Positions 10,069-20,150 of a stretch of DNA of 64,000 bases are shown in pieces; the stretch's first letter is position 1; every line of letters begins with the position of its first letter. Source of the stretch: Planctomycetota bacterium (GTDB lineage Bacteria > Planctomycetota > GCA-002687715 > DRQF01). The stretch is taken from the NCBI GenBank assembly GCA_027001995.1, contig JALTLO010000017.1, forward strand, positions 23,012-87,011. The letters run 5' to 3'. A program made the position numbers and the translations under genes. Below the pieces are notes generated by a model that did no database searches, had not been told where the DNA came from, and saw only the letters and a list, made by a program, of their open reading frames with translations.

Positions 10069-11086
10069 TTCCTATGCGATCCCATTGTTGGACGTCTTTC
10101 TCCTAACAACTCTTCTGTGGTCTTGCGGTGCCCAAAGCGACACGAAAGATTCCACCAAGCCATCGGAGCGGGATTTCGCTAAAGAGCTTGTGCAGCTTTC
10201 CATTCGTCTCGAGACATGTGAAAAATGGCGGGGTGCGACAGTGGAAGACCCTTTCTACCAGAAGACCTCCGTCGAAAAACACCTCAAAGCTCTTCAACAT
10301 CGGGTGAATGGCGACCGTAACGACATCATTCTCTTAGCCAAATATCACCAACAGGCCGTCGAGCAAGGATTGTCAAACGAAGAGCAGATCAAACACAAAG
10401 GAACAACGCTTCAAGGGGTTGAGAAGCGGATCGAACAACTCGAATCGGCCATGAAAATCTTTGAGACTTGGCAGAAGAGAGACGGTGTCGACTTCGACCG
10501 TGTCTGGTCAAATCAAATTCAAATCAATCGAATCAGCGGCCGCTTCGTCAAGTTGGGAATCAAAGATGTAGAGGGCCAAGCAAAAATGCGTGACCACAGC
10601 TCTCGCTTACGCGATGCACGACGCTACTGGACCGACGAATTGACCAACGCCATGCGCGGCGCCCAGGTGGACGGAAAAATGGTCGATCTGGCAAGAGGCA
10701 CACGCAAGGCAATCGAGTCCGCCATGGAGAACATGACCAAAAAGTATCGCGCTGCGGACGCCGACCAAAATAGCCTGATTCAATGTGCTCATTCGATCCA
10801 AGGACGAATCAACTGGGCAGAAGAAACACTCAAACGTGCTCCCAAAGACGACCCATGGCGAATAGAAGCCGAAGAAAAATTATCCGCCTTCAAGGAAGCC
10901 TGGAACAAACACGCGGCGGACTCTGAAAAAGCGGCTCTTTCAGTCCTCGACCGCAGCGCAGAAATGCGACAGATTCGCAAACAAGTGCTCGCTGAGGGTG
11001 TCACGTTGGTCAACCAAATCAACGATGCCTTTATTCCAATGGCCCGCAAGCGGGGATGGCCAATACCCCGTGTCAAACGGAATTAG
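10019..11086 (+). CDS. Hypothetical alpha-helical lipoprotein (start uncertain)
   Basis: Long ORF with a hydrophobic stretch and lipobox-like LLWSC. The rest is charged and helical. The true start is probably near the purQ stop. Confidence 0.6.
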   Translation: MMACPFFTTQSRTSKLSSYAIPLLDVFLLTTLLWSCGAQSDTKDSTKPSERDFAKELVQLSIRLETCEKWRGATVEDPFYQKTSVEKHLKALQHRVNGDRNDIILLAKYHQQAVEQGLSNEEQIKHKGTTLQGVEKRIEQLESAMKIFETWQKRDGVDFDRVWSNQIQINRISGRFVKLGIKDVEGQAKMRDHSSRLRDARRYWTDELTNAMRGAQVDGKMVDLARGTRKAIESAMENMTKKYRAADADQNSLIQCAHSIQGRINWAEETLKRAPKDDPWRIEAEEKLSAFKEAWNKHAADSEKAALSVLDRSAEMRQIRKQVLAEGVTLVNQINDAFIPMARKRGWPIPRVKRN

Positions 11087-11172
11087 AAACAAGAGCCGGC
11101 GGCTTTCCTTTGGGTTGGGCAATGATCCTGATGATTTTGGGCTTGAGCAACGATTGAGCTACCACGCCCACC

Positions 11173-13152
11173 TCACTGCACCGCCGCTACCGTCTCCTCG
11201 AAGGCGAATTTCTCCCAACCATCCACAAGCTTGCGCTCATTGTCGTCCCGTCGGGTGAGCCCCTTTTTGTCGAAGTACTCCAGTAGAGGGATCACATACT
11301 TTCGACTTGCCCCAATAATCTCTTTGAAGTCCACGGGCGTCACGCTACCAACTGAAATGATTCGCTCGACCAAGAGTTTCTCCGCTAGCATAACCCCATC
11401 CAAGTGCAGAGCTAAATCGGGCGTCAATGAAACCAGCCGCCCCATTTGAATCAGCCATTGCATAAGGGCTTTCACCTTTTTTTCCGGCTTTCCTAATTCG
11501 TTCACAATCACAGATTTTATCGGAGCCTTGAAAGGCTCTTCCTCATGCATCCTTTCGATGATGATCACCGCTTTCATGTCTTCTTTAGAAAGCCCCCCCC
11601 GGAAATCGTTGTGTCGCATTTTCCCTGCACCGAGCAAAGTGAACTTACCCCTGTTGACGAGTTCCTGGGTGACCTCTTCGACCACAGCAATTTCAAGTTT
11701 CGTGGCTTTCACAATCTGAGAATTCTGGAAACCAGCGGAAAGGCCCTCGGCTTCATGAAGATCCATCACCGCTTTATCAACTTGTTTGATTGCCGAGCGG
11801 AACATATCCAGGTGAATCCAACTTTTCCCCCGTTCCAATGGACGCAACCTGCCAGAACTGACAAGCTTCGCGACTTCTGCCTTGGTCTCCTCAAGGGACA
11901 ACTTCAAAGTCGTTGCCACTTGACTTGCAGGAACAGCTCGCTTGCCTGCACTCCGAACGACATATTCCAAGTATCCCAGGCGATCGTCCAAGTGCGCTTC
12001 TTTGTTCTCGATATTCTCATTTAACCATGTGCGAAATCTCTTGAATTTCCATTTGGTCTCACCCAAAATTTTGCCGCCACCCAAGGTCACAACTGGACTC
12101 GCTTGCCGAACAACAAAAGGATCACCGGCAGCGCAAACAACTGGCTCTTCCAAACGAATTTGGACCAAAACGTGCTCCCCAGGCAATGCCACTTTCTTGT
12201 CGAGAAGAATGAGCGTCCCACCGATATCCACGGTGCCTAGGTGAAAGCGCACATGGACACCATTGCGAAGTGGTTGAGAAAAATGATCCAAGTATTGCAA
12301 TCGCGCTTCTAAGAATTGGGCGGAGGTGAAGAATCCGCGGGTGGCGATCACATCTCCTCGTTCGACCTCTCGATGCTTCACATCTGCAATGTTGAGGGCC
12401 ACTCGATGTCCAGCATGGGCTGACTTTGCTGGCTCATGATGGACCTGAATGGCGCGGACCCGGGTAGACAGTCCCTTTGGCAAGATTTCCAGCTCGTCCC
12501 CCACATGAACATGCCCCGATAGAGGCACACCCGTGATCACGGTACCGTGACCGCGAATCGAAAAAGACCTTTGGATGGGCATGCGAAAAACGCCGGCCGT
12601 ATTTCTTTCAGGCAAATCCAGCAGCGCTTTCTTGAGAGCAGCATTCACTTCAGGAATACCCACTCCCGTGGTATTGGAAACACAATAAACCGGAGCGTCT
12701 TCCAAAAACGTCCCAAGCAAGAACTCCTCGATGTCTTCCTTCACCAAAAACAGGAGTTCATCGTCCACAGCGTCCGTCTTTGTGATGATGGTCATGCCAC
12801 GATCGACACCCAGAATTCTCAGAATCTGAAGATGCTCTCGGGTTTGAGGCATGACACCATCGTCAGCGGCAATCACCATGAGGACGAAATCAATCCCCGT
12901 TGCACCTGCAACCATGTTGCGAATGAACTTTTCATGTCCCGGGACATCAATGATGCCAGCAGTCAGTTTGTCGTTGACCTGGAATTCCGCGTAACCAATA
13001 TCAATGGTCATGCCTCTTTCCTGCTCTTCCTTCAAACGACTAGGATGGCAACCGGTCAACCGTTCAATCAAGCTGGACTTACCATGGTCAATGTGTCCTG
13101 CCGTCCCGACCACCAGGCTGACAACTGGAGACTCAACATGATCATCTGACAT
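11173..13152 (-). CDS. selB: Selenocysteine-specific translation elongation factor SelB
   Basis: [32 protein letters not shown], and the C-terminal winged-helix motif [13 protein letters not shown]. Start set at ATG 13152 (MSDDHVES). Confidence 0.95.
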   Translation of the reverse strand: MSDDHVESPVVSLVVGTAGHIDHGKSSLIERLTGCHPSRLKEEQERGMTIDIGYAEFQVNDKLTAGIIDVPGHEKFIRNMVAGATGIDFVLMVIAADDGVMPQTREHLQILRILGVDRGMTIITKTDAVDDELLFLVKEDIEEFLLGTFLEDAPVYCVSNTTGVGIPEVNAALKKALLDLPERNTAGVFRMPIQRSFSIRGHGTVITGVPLSGHVHVGDELEILPKGLSTRVRAIQVHHEPAKSAHAGHRVALNIADVKHREVERGDVIATRGFFTSAQFLEARLQYLDHFSQPLRNGVHVRFHLGTVDIGGTLILLDKKVALPGEHVLVQIRLEEPVVCAAGDPFVVRQASPVVTLGGGKILGETKWKFKRFRTWLNENIENKEAHLDDRLGYLEYVVRSAGKRAVPASQVATTLKLSLEETKAEVAKLVSSGRLRPLERGKSWIHLDMFRSAIKQVDKAVMDLHEAEGLSAGFQNSQIVKATKLEIAVVEEVTQELVNRGKFTLLGAGKMRHNDFRGGLSKEDMKAVIIIERMHEEEPFKAPIKSVIVNELGKPEKKVKALMQWLIQMGRLVSLTPDLALHLDGVMLAEKLLVERIISVGSVTPVDFKEIIGASRKYVIPLLEYFDKKGLTRRDDNERKLVDGWEKFAFEETVAAVQ

Positions 13153-13528
13153 TAATCCATCCTTCTTTCGTTGCCCCCTGCATTTCAAGCTGACCACCCT
13201 GGCCAACTCACATCCCACCAGAGAAGTCGAAAAATCTCGTCCAAAGAAAAGGACTCAGGGCCAAGATCATACCGATTGATGAGCTTCTCGCCCCGTATAT
13301 TCCAGACATCAAAATAGCCCATTCCGGCAAAACCCTTGATCCATAGGGGCTAACAAGGGGCTCTGGTGAGATTCCCCTAAATCGGTAAGCTAAGAGGAGC
13401 AGTGTTTGAGACGACAATCCCGGCCCAACCCCTTGACGATGGGCTGATTTGTCGGTGAAAAGGGATGCATTTCGCCCTTCCGAGAAACTGCCAGGGAAGA
13501 AACAGGTTTATTGCGAGTTTTCATTCGA

Positions 13529-14734
13529 ATGGACAACTTGAGCGACAATCTCATCGCCGGCCCCATGCATGCGGCCATCAAATCCGCCTCCTGGATTCGA
13601 CAGATGTTTGAAGAAGGAAACCGACTAAGAGAGGAGGTGGGTGCGGAGAATGTTTTCGACTTCAGCTTAGGTAACCCAAGTGCTCCGCCTCCCAAAGAAT
13701 TCCAAGACGCCCTGATCCATGCGGCCAAAGAATCAACGCCTCAAGATCATCGCTACATGACCAATATCGGGCGCTTGGACACTCGCCAGTTCATGGCCGA
13801 ATCCCTCCAGGATGTTCATGGTCCCGGGTTAAACGCAGACCACGTGATCATGACTTGCGGAGCTGCGGGGGGGCTCAATGTCTTCCTAAAATCCGTCCTC
13901 AACCCAGAGGACGAAGTCATGCTTCTCAAACCCTACTTTCCGGAATATCTCTTCTACGTCGGAAATCACGGGGGAAAGACCGTCTTTGTCGACACGGACG
14001 AGGACTTTCAACCAGACCTGGAGGCCATCAAAGCCTCACTCAATGAAAAGTCACGGGTGCTCATTCTCAACACGCCGAACAATCCTTCTGGTGTTGTCTA
14101 CTCCAAGACCGTTGTCGACCAAATCGGCAGCATCATCGAAGACCACGCTGAGAAGATCGGTCGCCCGGTCTACTTGGTCATGGACGAACCCTACCGAAGA
14201 ATTCGCTATTGCGATGAACAACATCCCAGTGTTTTGCAATCTTGCCGTTTTGGCATCGTCATCTCGAGTTTTTCCAAAGAACTAGGACTCGCAGGAGAAC
14301 GCATTGGTTTCTTGGTCTATAGTCCGCAATTGGAAAGCCCTGAAACCTTGGTCAGTGCCATGAGCGTGGCAACACGAACCTTAGGATTCGTCAACGCTCC
14401 AGCTTTCATGCAAAGAGTTCTCTTGGAGTGTGCCACTGCCTGTGTGGATCTAAGCCAATACAAGCTCCATCGGGATATGCTCTACCAAGCTCTCACGGAA
14501 TTCGGCTACAAAATGCCTCGACCTGACGGCGCCTTTTTCTTGTTTCCCAAGGCTCCTGGAGGAGATGATCTGGCTTTCTTAGACGTTCTGAGAAAATTCC
14601 ATGTGCTTTGTGTCCCGGGCCGGGGATTCGGGACTCCAGGTCACATTCGTATTTCCTACGCAGTTCCCACTGAAACAGTTGAAAGAGCCATACCCCTGTT
14701 CAAGAAAGCAATCGACGCCCAAAGAAATTCATAG
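13529..14734 (+). CDS. PLP-dependent class I/II aminotransferase (aspartate aminotransferase-like)
   Basis: SWIRQMFEEG, FDFSLGNP, NTPNNPSG, DEPY, SFSKELGLAGERIG (PLP lysine), VPGRGFG. Confidence 0.92.
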   Translation: MDNLSDNLIAGPMHAAIKSASWIRQMFEEGNRLREEVGAENVFDFSLGNPSAPPPKEFQDALIHAAKESTPQDHRYMTNIGRLDTRQFMAESLQDVHGPGLNADHVIMTCGAAGGLNVFLKSVLNPEDEVMLLKPYFPEYLFYVGNHGGKTVFVDTDEDFQPDLEAIKASLNEKSRVLILNTPNNPSGVVYSKTVVDQIGSIIEDHAEKIGRPVYLVMDEPYRRIRYCDEQHPSVLQSCRFGIVISSFSKELGLAGERIGFLVYSPQLESPETLVSAMSVATRTLGFVNAPAFMQRVLLECATACVDLSQYKLHRDMLYQALTEFGYKMPRPDGAFFLFPKAPGGDDLAFLDVLRKFHVLCVPGRGFGTPGHIRISYAVPTETVERAIPLFKKAIDAQRNS

Positions 14735-14743
14735 AGTTTTCCC

Positions 14744-15439
14744 ATGAAGCAGCAACATTTGTTCATCGATGCCGATGACACTCTATGGTCCAATGCCGTT
14801 CTTTTCGACAACGCTCTGGAAGATTGGCTCAACCTCATGGAAACCCATGGAGCCAAAAGAAACCAAGCTCACTTGCTATTCACAGAGCTGGAAAGCCGGG
14901 GGTTTCGAAGGGGTTGGTATGGCAGTAGACGTCTCGCGATCAACATGAAAGCCGCTGCCAGAAGACTATTGGGCCAAGACATGGTCAGAGGAGTTCCTCC
15001 GCTGATCGACCAAATCGTTACACGGGTTAGCCACCCGGACGTCCTCATCTTCGATGGTGTTCATGAAACCTTGGAGACCCTCTCCGAACATCACACACTA
15101 TTCTTGGTCACTATGGGCGAAAAGAGTGAACAACTCGGCAAGATTAAAGGAAGCGGCTTAGGGAATCATTTTGACGCAATCCACGTCCTCGCTGACAAGA
15201 CCCGCAGCACTTACACAGAGTTGCTCCGCCTGCACAAATTAGCCCGCAGATCCACCTGGATGATCGGAAACAGCTTGGTGAAAGACATTCGTCCCGCCAG
15301 CGCGGCCGGCCTCAGGACTTGCCACTTAGACCACGGCCACGACTTCAACTTTGGCCAATCCACCCATGGGATCCAACCGGATTTAGTCATTGAAAACTTC
15401 CCCCAGTTAAAGCTTCATTTCGCCGGGGAATCACCTTGA
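14744..15439 (+). CDS. HAD-superfamily hydrolase
   Basis: Motif I FIDADDTLW, motif II LVTMG, motif IV MIGNSLVKDI. Confidence 0.88.
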   Translation: MKQQHLFIDADDTLWSNAVLFDNALEDWLNLMETHGAKRNQAHLLFTELESRGFRRGWYGSRRLAINMKAAARRLLGQDMVRGVPPLIDQIVTRVSHPDVLIFDGVHETLETLSEHHTLFLVTMGEKSEQLGKIKGSGLGNHFDAIHVLADKTRSTYTELLRLHKLARRSTWMIGNSLVKDIRPASAAGLRTCHLDHGHDFNFGQSTHGIQPDLVIENFPQLKLHFAGESP

Positions 15440-15440
15440 T

Positions 15441-16508
15441 TCACCGGATGGGTTGCAGCCTGGAAGTGTAGCCCAAGTAGTCTTTGTAACCCCGAAGAAA
15501 AACTGCAAATTTCTGTTCCGCACCCAAGACTTCGGCATCGATAGACCAGCCAGACTTTCGGCTCTTCCTTTTCGCCAATTGCCTGAGCTTCGCCTCCAGC
15601 CCCACCAAGGAAACGGCGCAATCTTTACCAGATTCTTCATCCAGGTCGTGAACTTCCTGAGCCGCTTCCCGCAGCAAACCACTGTCAAGGTCATTTAGGT
15701 TGTCATAAACAAGTATGAGGTTGGGGCGAGCGCGATAGAGAACGCGACAGGTCTTACCGAATTCCCCAAAATAGAAAGCAGCTACGGCGAGAAAACAGAC
15801 TACTGTGGTGAACACAAGAACCCATGTCGTACTTTTTTGAAGCATCAATCGCCTCAACATGTTCGGCCTACTTTGATGCCATGCCTGAGCAAAGAGAAGC
15901 CCAGTAAAAAGCCCTCCCATGTGTCCACCGTTATCGATATTGCTGCTCGAGAATCCGATAGCCACATTGATCATGAGACAAAACATCAATTGCCGATTGA
16001 TGTGTTCAGCTCCCGGAGTTTTTCTGGACCAATAAAGAAGAAAACCAAGAATGCCAAAAAGAGATGTGGAAGCTCCTACGGAACCCGGAACACTCCACAT
16101 GAACTGCCCTTGGTGACTGTAGTACTTCCAGCCAATACTAAGCAACGATCCTCCAATCCCGGCGAGAAGATAGAGAGATAGAAAGCGGTGTGCCCCTAGG
16201 ATTTTTTGGGTGTATGGTCCCAATTGCCAGAGGAAGTAACTGTTCATCAAGATGTGAAAAATGCCGCCGTGCAGAAATGTCGCCGTGAGTATCCGATGCC
16301 ATTGTCCGGCGAGTATGAGGTGAGTCTCACTGCTACCCAAAAGATAGAGAGACTCGCCAGAGGGCCCGAATTCACCTTCCCGTACATCGGCGGAATCGGT
16401 GATCAAGAGGCTCAGGGCGAAGTACGCCAAATTGATGATGAGAATAACGACGACCCAGTTGGGTTCGTTGTATTGCCAATAACGTCGTATCTTTTGAATT
16501 TTGTTCAT
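15441..16508 (-). CDS. Rhomboid-family intramembrane serine protease
   Basis: WHRILTATFLHGGIFHILMN, GASTS (catalytic Ser), DNGGHMGG (catalytic His), multiple TM helices. Confidence 0.9.
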   Translation of the reverse strand: MNKIQKIRRYWQYNEPNWVVVILIINLAYFALSLLITDSADVREGEFGPSGESLYLLGSSETHLILAGQWHRILTATFLHGGIFHILMNSYFLWQLGPYTQKILGAHRFLSLYLLAGIGGSLLSIGWKYYSHQGQFMWSVPGSVGASTSLFGILGFLLYWSRKTPGAEHINRQLMFCLMINVAIGFSSSNIDNGGHMGGLFTGLLFAQAWHQSRPNMLRRLMLQKSTTWVLVFTTVVCFLAVAAFYFGEFGKTCRVLYRARPNLILVYDNLNDLDSGLLREAAQEVHDLDEESGKDCAVSLVGLEAKLRQLAKRKSRKSGWSIDAEVLGAEQKFAVFLRGYKDYLGYTSRLQPIR

Positions 16509-16547
16509 AGTTGACCTGACACAGGGTGTCACAGGGCCAACAGAACT

Positions 16548-16937
16548 TCAACGCATGATGGCGGCAAGATAGCGGAAAAGTTGTTGTTTCGCTGCCCCCT
16601 CAATGCCAGTGAATTGGACTCCCGTCGGAAAAGGGCCTTCCGCCCGGTCGGCGACTGTCCAAGCGACCTTGCACTTCAAATCGAGCGCTGGCTGAGGACT
16701 CGCCGCAGAATCCTGTGCTGGCAGCTTAATGACGAAGGAACTTGGCATCGGGAATTCGATGGGGGCATCAATCCGTGCCCCACCCAAACCGATGTTGCGG
16801 ACTAGCAAATTCCCCTTCATTTGACCGTCCGCCGATTCGAATTCTCCTCGTACATCGCAGGAAAGTCGAAAATGCTTCCGGCGACTCATATCGAGGGCCA
16901 ATCGTTCTTCAGCTTCAGTTTGCAATGCTTCGGACAT
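16548..16937 (-). CDS. Stand-alone PilZ domain protein
   Basis: RRKHFR (RxxxR) and NIGLGG (variant of [DN]xSxxG), ending GVQF. GGAG RBS before ATG 16937. Confidence 0.8.
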   Translation of the reverse strand: MSEALQTEAEERLALDMSRRKHFRLSCDVRGEFESADGQMKGNLLVRNIGLGGARIDAPIEFPMPSSFVIKLPAQDSAASPQPALDLKCKVAWTVADRAEGPFPTGVQFTGIEGAAKQQLFRYLAAIMR

Positions 16938-17098
16938 CGTTTCACTCCAGGACAATCATCAAGGCCACAACCTGAGGTCGGGTTTGTGCGCCGCTATTGT
17001 CCTATCGGGCTCTCAGCCCTTGAGCCTAAACGATTTATGCCCTGATTCGAATAATAATGCCCCCAGATTGGGTGCGAGCGGTAAGAGGTCCGGGAAAG

Positions 17099-17803
17099 CT
17101 ATGCTTCGATGAGGTGCTCGCGCACGGCAAAACGACAAAGTTCGACGCGATCATGGATATCGAGCTTCTTCATGAGGGAGACTTTGTGTTTGTCCACGGT
17201 TTTGTAGGCGATGCTCAGAGCAGTCGCGATCCGCTTTACGCTCTCACCTTGGGCCAACAGCACCAATATTTGCCGCTCTCTTTCGGTCAAAAGCTGCAAA
17301 CGGGTGACGGGTGGTCTTTCCAAGGAGAGCCCCCCAGCTTCATCCATACGAACACGATCCAAAATGGAGGGGGAATAATAGAGCTCTCCAGCCAAGACCT
17401 TGCGCACCCCCTGGATGATGGCATCCAGTTCTTCGTTCTTGACTGCGTATCCTCTGGCACCAACCCGCAAAGCGCTTTCAATGTACTCATCATGTTGGTG
17501 GGCCGAAAGAAACATGACGAGGACCTTTGGGTTTCGGTGGCGGATGGCCTGAGCTGCCTCAAAACAGCCCATTCCGGGAATATCAATATCCATCAGAATC
17601 ATGTCGGGCTTCAACCGCTGGGCCATCTCGACGGCTTTGGTTCCATCGTCCGCCCAGCCCACAACGGACAATCCCGGAATATTGATCTCTAAGTTGGGTC
17701 TGAGGCAATCGACCATCAGTTTGTGGTCGTCCACCAAGAGGACGCGCACCACGGGCGCCCCTGCTTGAGGCAGGGAATCAGATTGATCGGCGCGGTCAGT
17801 CAT
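17099..17803 (-). CDS. NarL/FixJ-family response regulator (REC + LuxR HTH)
   Basis: VLLVDDH, MILMDIDIPG (phosphoacceptor Asp), GARGYAVK, LTERERQIL...KTVDKH...KLDI. Confidence 0.93.
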   Translation of the reverse strand: MTDRADQSDSLPQAGAPVVRVLLVDDHKLMVDCLRPNLEINIPGLSVVGWADDGTKAVEMAQRLKPDMILMDIDIPGMGCFEAAQAIRHRNPKVLVMFLSAHQHDEYIESALRVGARGYAVKNEELDAIIQGVRKVLAGELYYSPSILDRVRMDEAGGLSLERPPVTRLQLLTERERQILVLLAQGESVKRIATALSIAYKTVDKHKVSLMKKLDIHDRVELCRFAVREHLIEA

Positions 17804-18031
17804 GAAATCTCCGAACTCCACTGGACTCAATTGTCCCCAAAAAGAGGCGCGGTTCCTGCACGGTCCATTATGTCCCGATGGCGCAGCTTTGCCATTTCTT
17901 TTTTATTCGCATAGGAAATCCTGACTCCTGACTCGTCAGTGGACCAAATTGAGGCTATAAAGTGGACAGCCCAAACCAAGACTGGGCCATTTGGCCCAAA
18001 GTGCCCAATTTGACCCAGAAAGCACGATTTC

Positions 18032-18424
18032 ATGGAAACATTGTCCATCATCTCCACGACCTTGGCGACTTTCGCCATGCTGCTCATCGTGGCGGGACTC
18101 ATTTTCGCGCGCAACAAAAAAAAACATATTCCCCTGATGATGGCCGCATTTGCCTGCGACATTGCCGGGCTCATTGTCATTGAAGTCGTCGCAAGGATTA
18201 TTGGGGAGACTTCCCCAGTGGATAGCCTCGCGACCGATCCTGACGTCATGAAAAGTGTGCACGCGGCTTTCGCCACAGCTTCTCTCATCTGCTACGGCTT
18301 CCAGATCAACTCAGGACGAAAAATTGTCGCTGGTGAGAGAACAAGACTGCCCACTCACAAATTAGTGGCCAAGATTTTCATTCTGACGCGACTTGGCGCC
18401 TATGTCACCATGTTTCTGTTCTAG
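18032..18424 (+). CDS. Small four-TM membrane protein (DUF420-like)
   Basis: Four hydrophobic helices with His residues spaced as in DUF420 (KKHIPLM, SVHAAFA, THKLVA). Confidence 0.6.
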   Translation: METLSIISTTLATFAMLLIVAGLIFARNKKKHIPLMMAAFACDIAGLIVIEVVARIIGETSPVDSLATDPDVMKSVHAAFATASLICYGFQINSGRKIVAGERTRLPTHKLVAKIFILTRLGAYVTMFLF

Positions 18425-18469
18425 GTGGACCAAAAGAAAACGGCTTGAAGGCCCTGCCCCAGTGAGACG

Positions 18470-19612
18470 TCAGATGCTATCCGGCTCGTCCAGTGGGGCG
18501 CCTTCAACGCCGTAATAAATTTGCTTCCCCACCACCTCACCTCCTTCGAAGTGGCATTCACGCCAAATCGAACCATTGCCGTGAAATTCGTACCAAGCTC
18601 CATCCGCTTGTCCCTGGACGAAATTGCCAACTTGGAGTTTGCCTCCCTGCTCATCCCAAGTTGTCCAAGAACCATCTTGGAGCCCTCCGAGGTAGTGCCC
18701 TTCACTCTGCAGGCGGCCATTCTTGTGCCATTGGAGCCAAGCTCCTTCTAATCTCCCATGGACGTAGTGGCCCAAAGCGGCCTGCTGCTCATTGAGATAC
18801 CAACTTTGGTAGGTCCCGTGGCGGCGAAACTCACCGTTTCCCAGTACTTCCAACTCACAGCGCATGTGCATGTCCTGCCCCACGGGGCCCTCTTCCACCG
18901 GTGGTGGCTGAGGTTCATCGGCGACAAGAGCCTCAGGTTGAGGATTCAAATCAAGAGAAACATCCACTTCCCCTCCTCCGGAAGCTGGACGCAAATGATC
19001 TTTGACATCCTCAATCTCTGAAGCCCCTTTGCTATCAGAATCTGACGATGGCTCCCGGGAAAGGGACTGCTGGGTCGTTGGCTTAAGAAGATCCGGCGAC
19101 TCAAGAACTGAATTTCCTTCTTCTTCAGCCCTCACTTCCTCGCCGAAGTTTGTTTCCTGAGGTCGTGAAGACTCTGGGGAAGTCTCCTTTATCAACGCTG
19201 CTCCCTTCTTGCCCTCACTCAGATTCTCAAGGTCTTCAGACTTAGAGGGAGTGTCGGTAATGGAAACCGTCGCGGCCTTAGACTCACTTTCAACATCACG
19301 GCGAGATTTCTCATCTTCTATTCGTCCGCGAAGCCCATCGAGAGCGGACTTGGCCAAGGCCAAGCTTTCTGCTGTAACGGGTCCTGCCTCTTGGGCCTCA
19401 GGGACCACAGATTTGGCACTCAAGAAGTCCAAGAAGTCATCGTGAGAGACCACAGTGACTCCCCGCCTCTTGGAGCTCACCAGCTCTTGGTTCTTGCAGG
19501 CGGCGCGAAGTGCGGCAATTGACATGGGGCGTCCACCTTCATTCATCAACTTGGCCACCTCCACCAAGGTGTAATTGCGCCCGCTCTTTGCTTTCTTCGA
19601 CTTTTCGTTCAT
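18470..19612 (-). CDS. Protein with N-terminal excisionase-like HTH, acidic linker and C-terminal MORN-variant (YwqK-like) repeats
   Basis: YTLVEVAKLM...SIAALRAACKNQEL...VVSHDDFLDFL at the N-terminus, an E/S/P-rich linker, then repeats such as EGAWLQWHKNGRLQSEGHY and DGSWTTWDEQG. Confidence 0.7.
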   Translation of the reverse strand: MNEKSKKAKSGRNYTLVEVAKLMNEGGRPMSIAALRAACKNQELVSSKRRGVTVVSHDDFLDFLSAKSVVPEAQEAGPVTAESLALAKSALDGLRGRIEDEKSRRDVESESKAATVSITDTPSKSEDLENLSEGKKGAALIKETSPESSRPQETNFGEEVRAEEEGNSVLESPDLLKPTTQQSLSREPSSDSDSKGASEIEDVKDHLRPASGGGEVDVSLDLNPQPEALVADEPQPPPVEEGPVGQDMHMRCELEVLGNGEFRRHGTYQSWYLNEQQAALGHYVHGRLEGAWLQWHKNGRLQSEGHYLGGLQDGSWTTWDEQGGKLQVGNFVQGQADGAWYEFHGNGSIWRECHFEGGEVVGKQIYYGVEGAPLDEPDSI

Positions 19613-19688
19613 AGCCCCATCATCACTCAGGATCGCTAAGCAAACCAGCCCTATTGCCAAAACACAGGAAACTCACGACAATCAAACC

Positions 19689-20147
19689 ATGACACCAACC
19701 ACCAACACCATACATTGGCTTTGGAAGGATTTCGACGACCTTGGCCCCCAATCTTTGTACCAGATCCTCAAACTGAGGGCTGAAGTTTTTATCGTGGAGC
19801 AAAACTGTCCCTATCTCGATCTCGACGGCAAAGATCAAATAGCAAGCCACCTTTTGGGCTACCGGAAGGACAAATTGGTGGCCTACGCCCGCACATTCGT
19901 CGAAAACGACTTCCAATGGTTGGGAAGAATCCTGACCTGTGTTGAAGCCCGAGGCCAAGGGCTTGGGGTTTCATTGATGGAAACAGCCATTCTTCGCCAC
20001 GACACCGAATTCCCCATGGCCATGCACGCTCAATCCCATCTCTCGAAATTCTACGAGCGCTTCGGATTCAAAAGAACAGGGGAAGTCTTCTTAGAAGACG
20101 GAATTCCCCATGTTCTCATGGTTCGACCTCAGAAAAACAGAGGATAA
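19689..20147 (+). CDS. elaA: ElaA-like GNAT acetyltransferase
   Basis: LYQILKLRAEVFIVEQNCPYLDLDGKD, ARGQGLG, HAQSHLSKFYERFGF, EDGIPH. Confidence 0.88.
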   Translation: MTPTTNTIHWLWKDFDDLGPQSLYQILKLRAEVFIVEQNCPYLDLDGKDQIASHLLGYRKDKLVAYARTFVENDFQWLGRILTCVEARGQGLGVSLMETAILRHDTEFPMAMHAQSHLSKFYERFGFKRTGEVFLEDGIPHVLMVRPQKNRG

Positions 20148-20150
20148 AGA

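Noticed and set aside
13153..13528. Possible tRNA-Sec (selC) next to selB
   Set aside because: I found no cloverleaf, UCA anticodon arm or T-loop GTTCRA on either strand.
17057..17692. 211-aa + strand ORF
   Set aside because: Antisense to a clear response regulator.
18470..19612. Prophage/integrative element or toxin-antitoxin pair suggested by the excisionase-like HTH and YwqK-like repeats
   Set aside because: No integrase, att-like repeats, phage genes or adjacent toxin are present.
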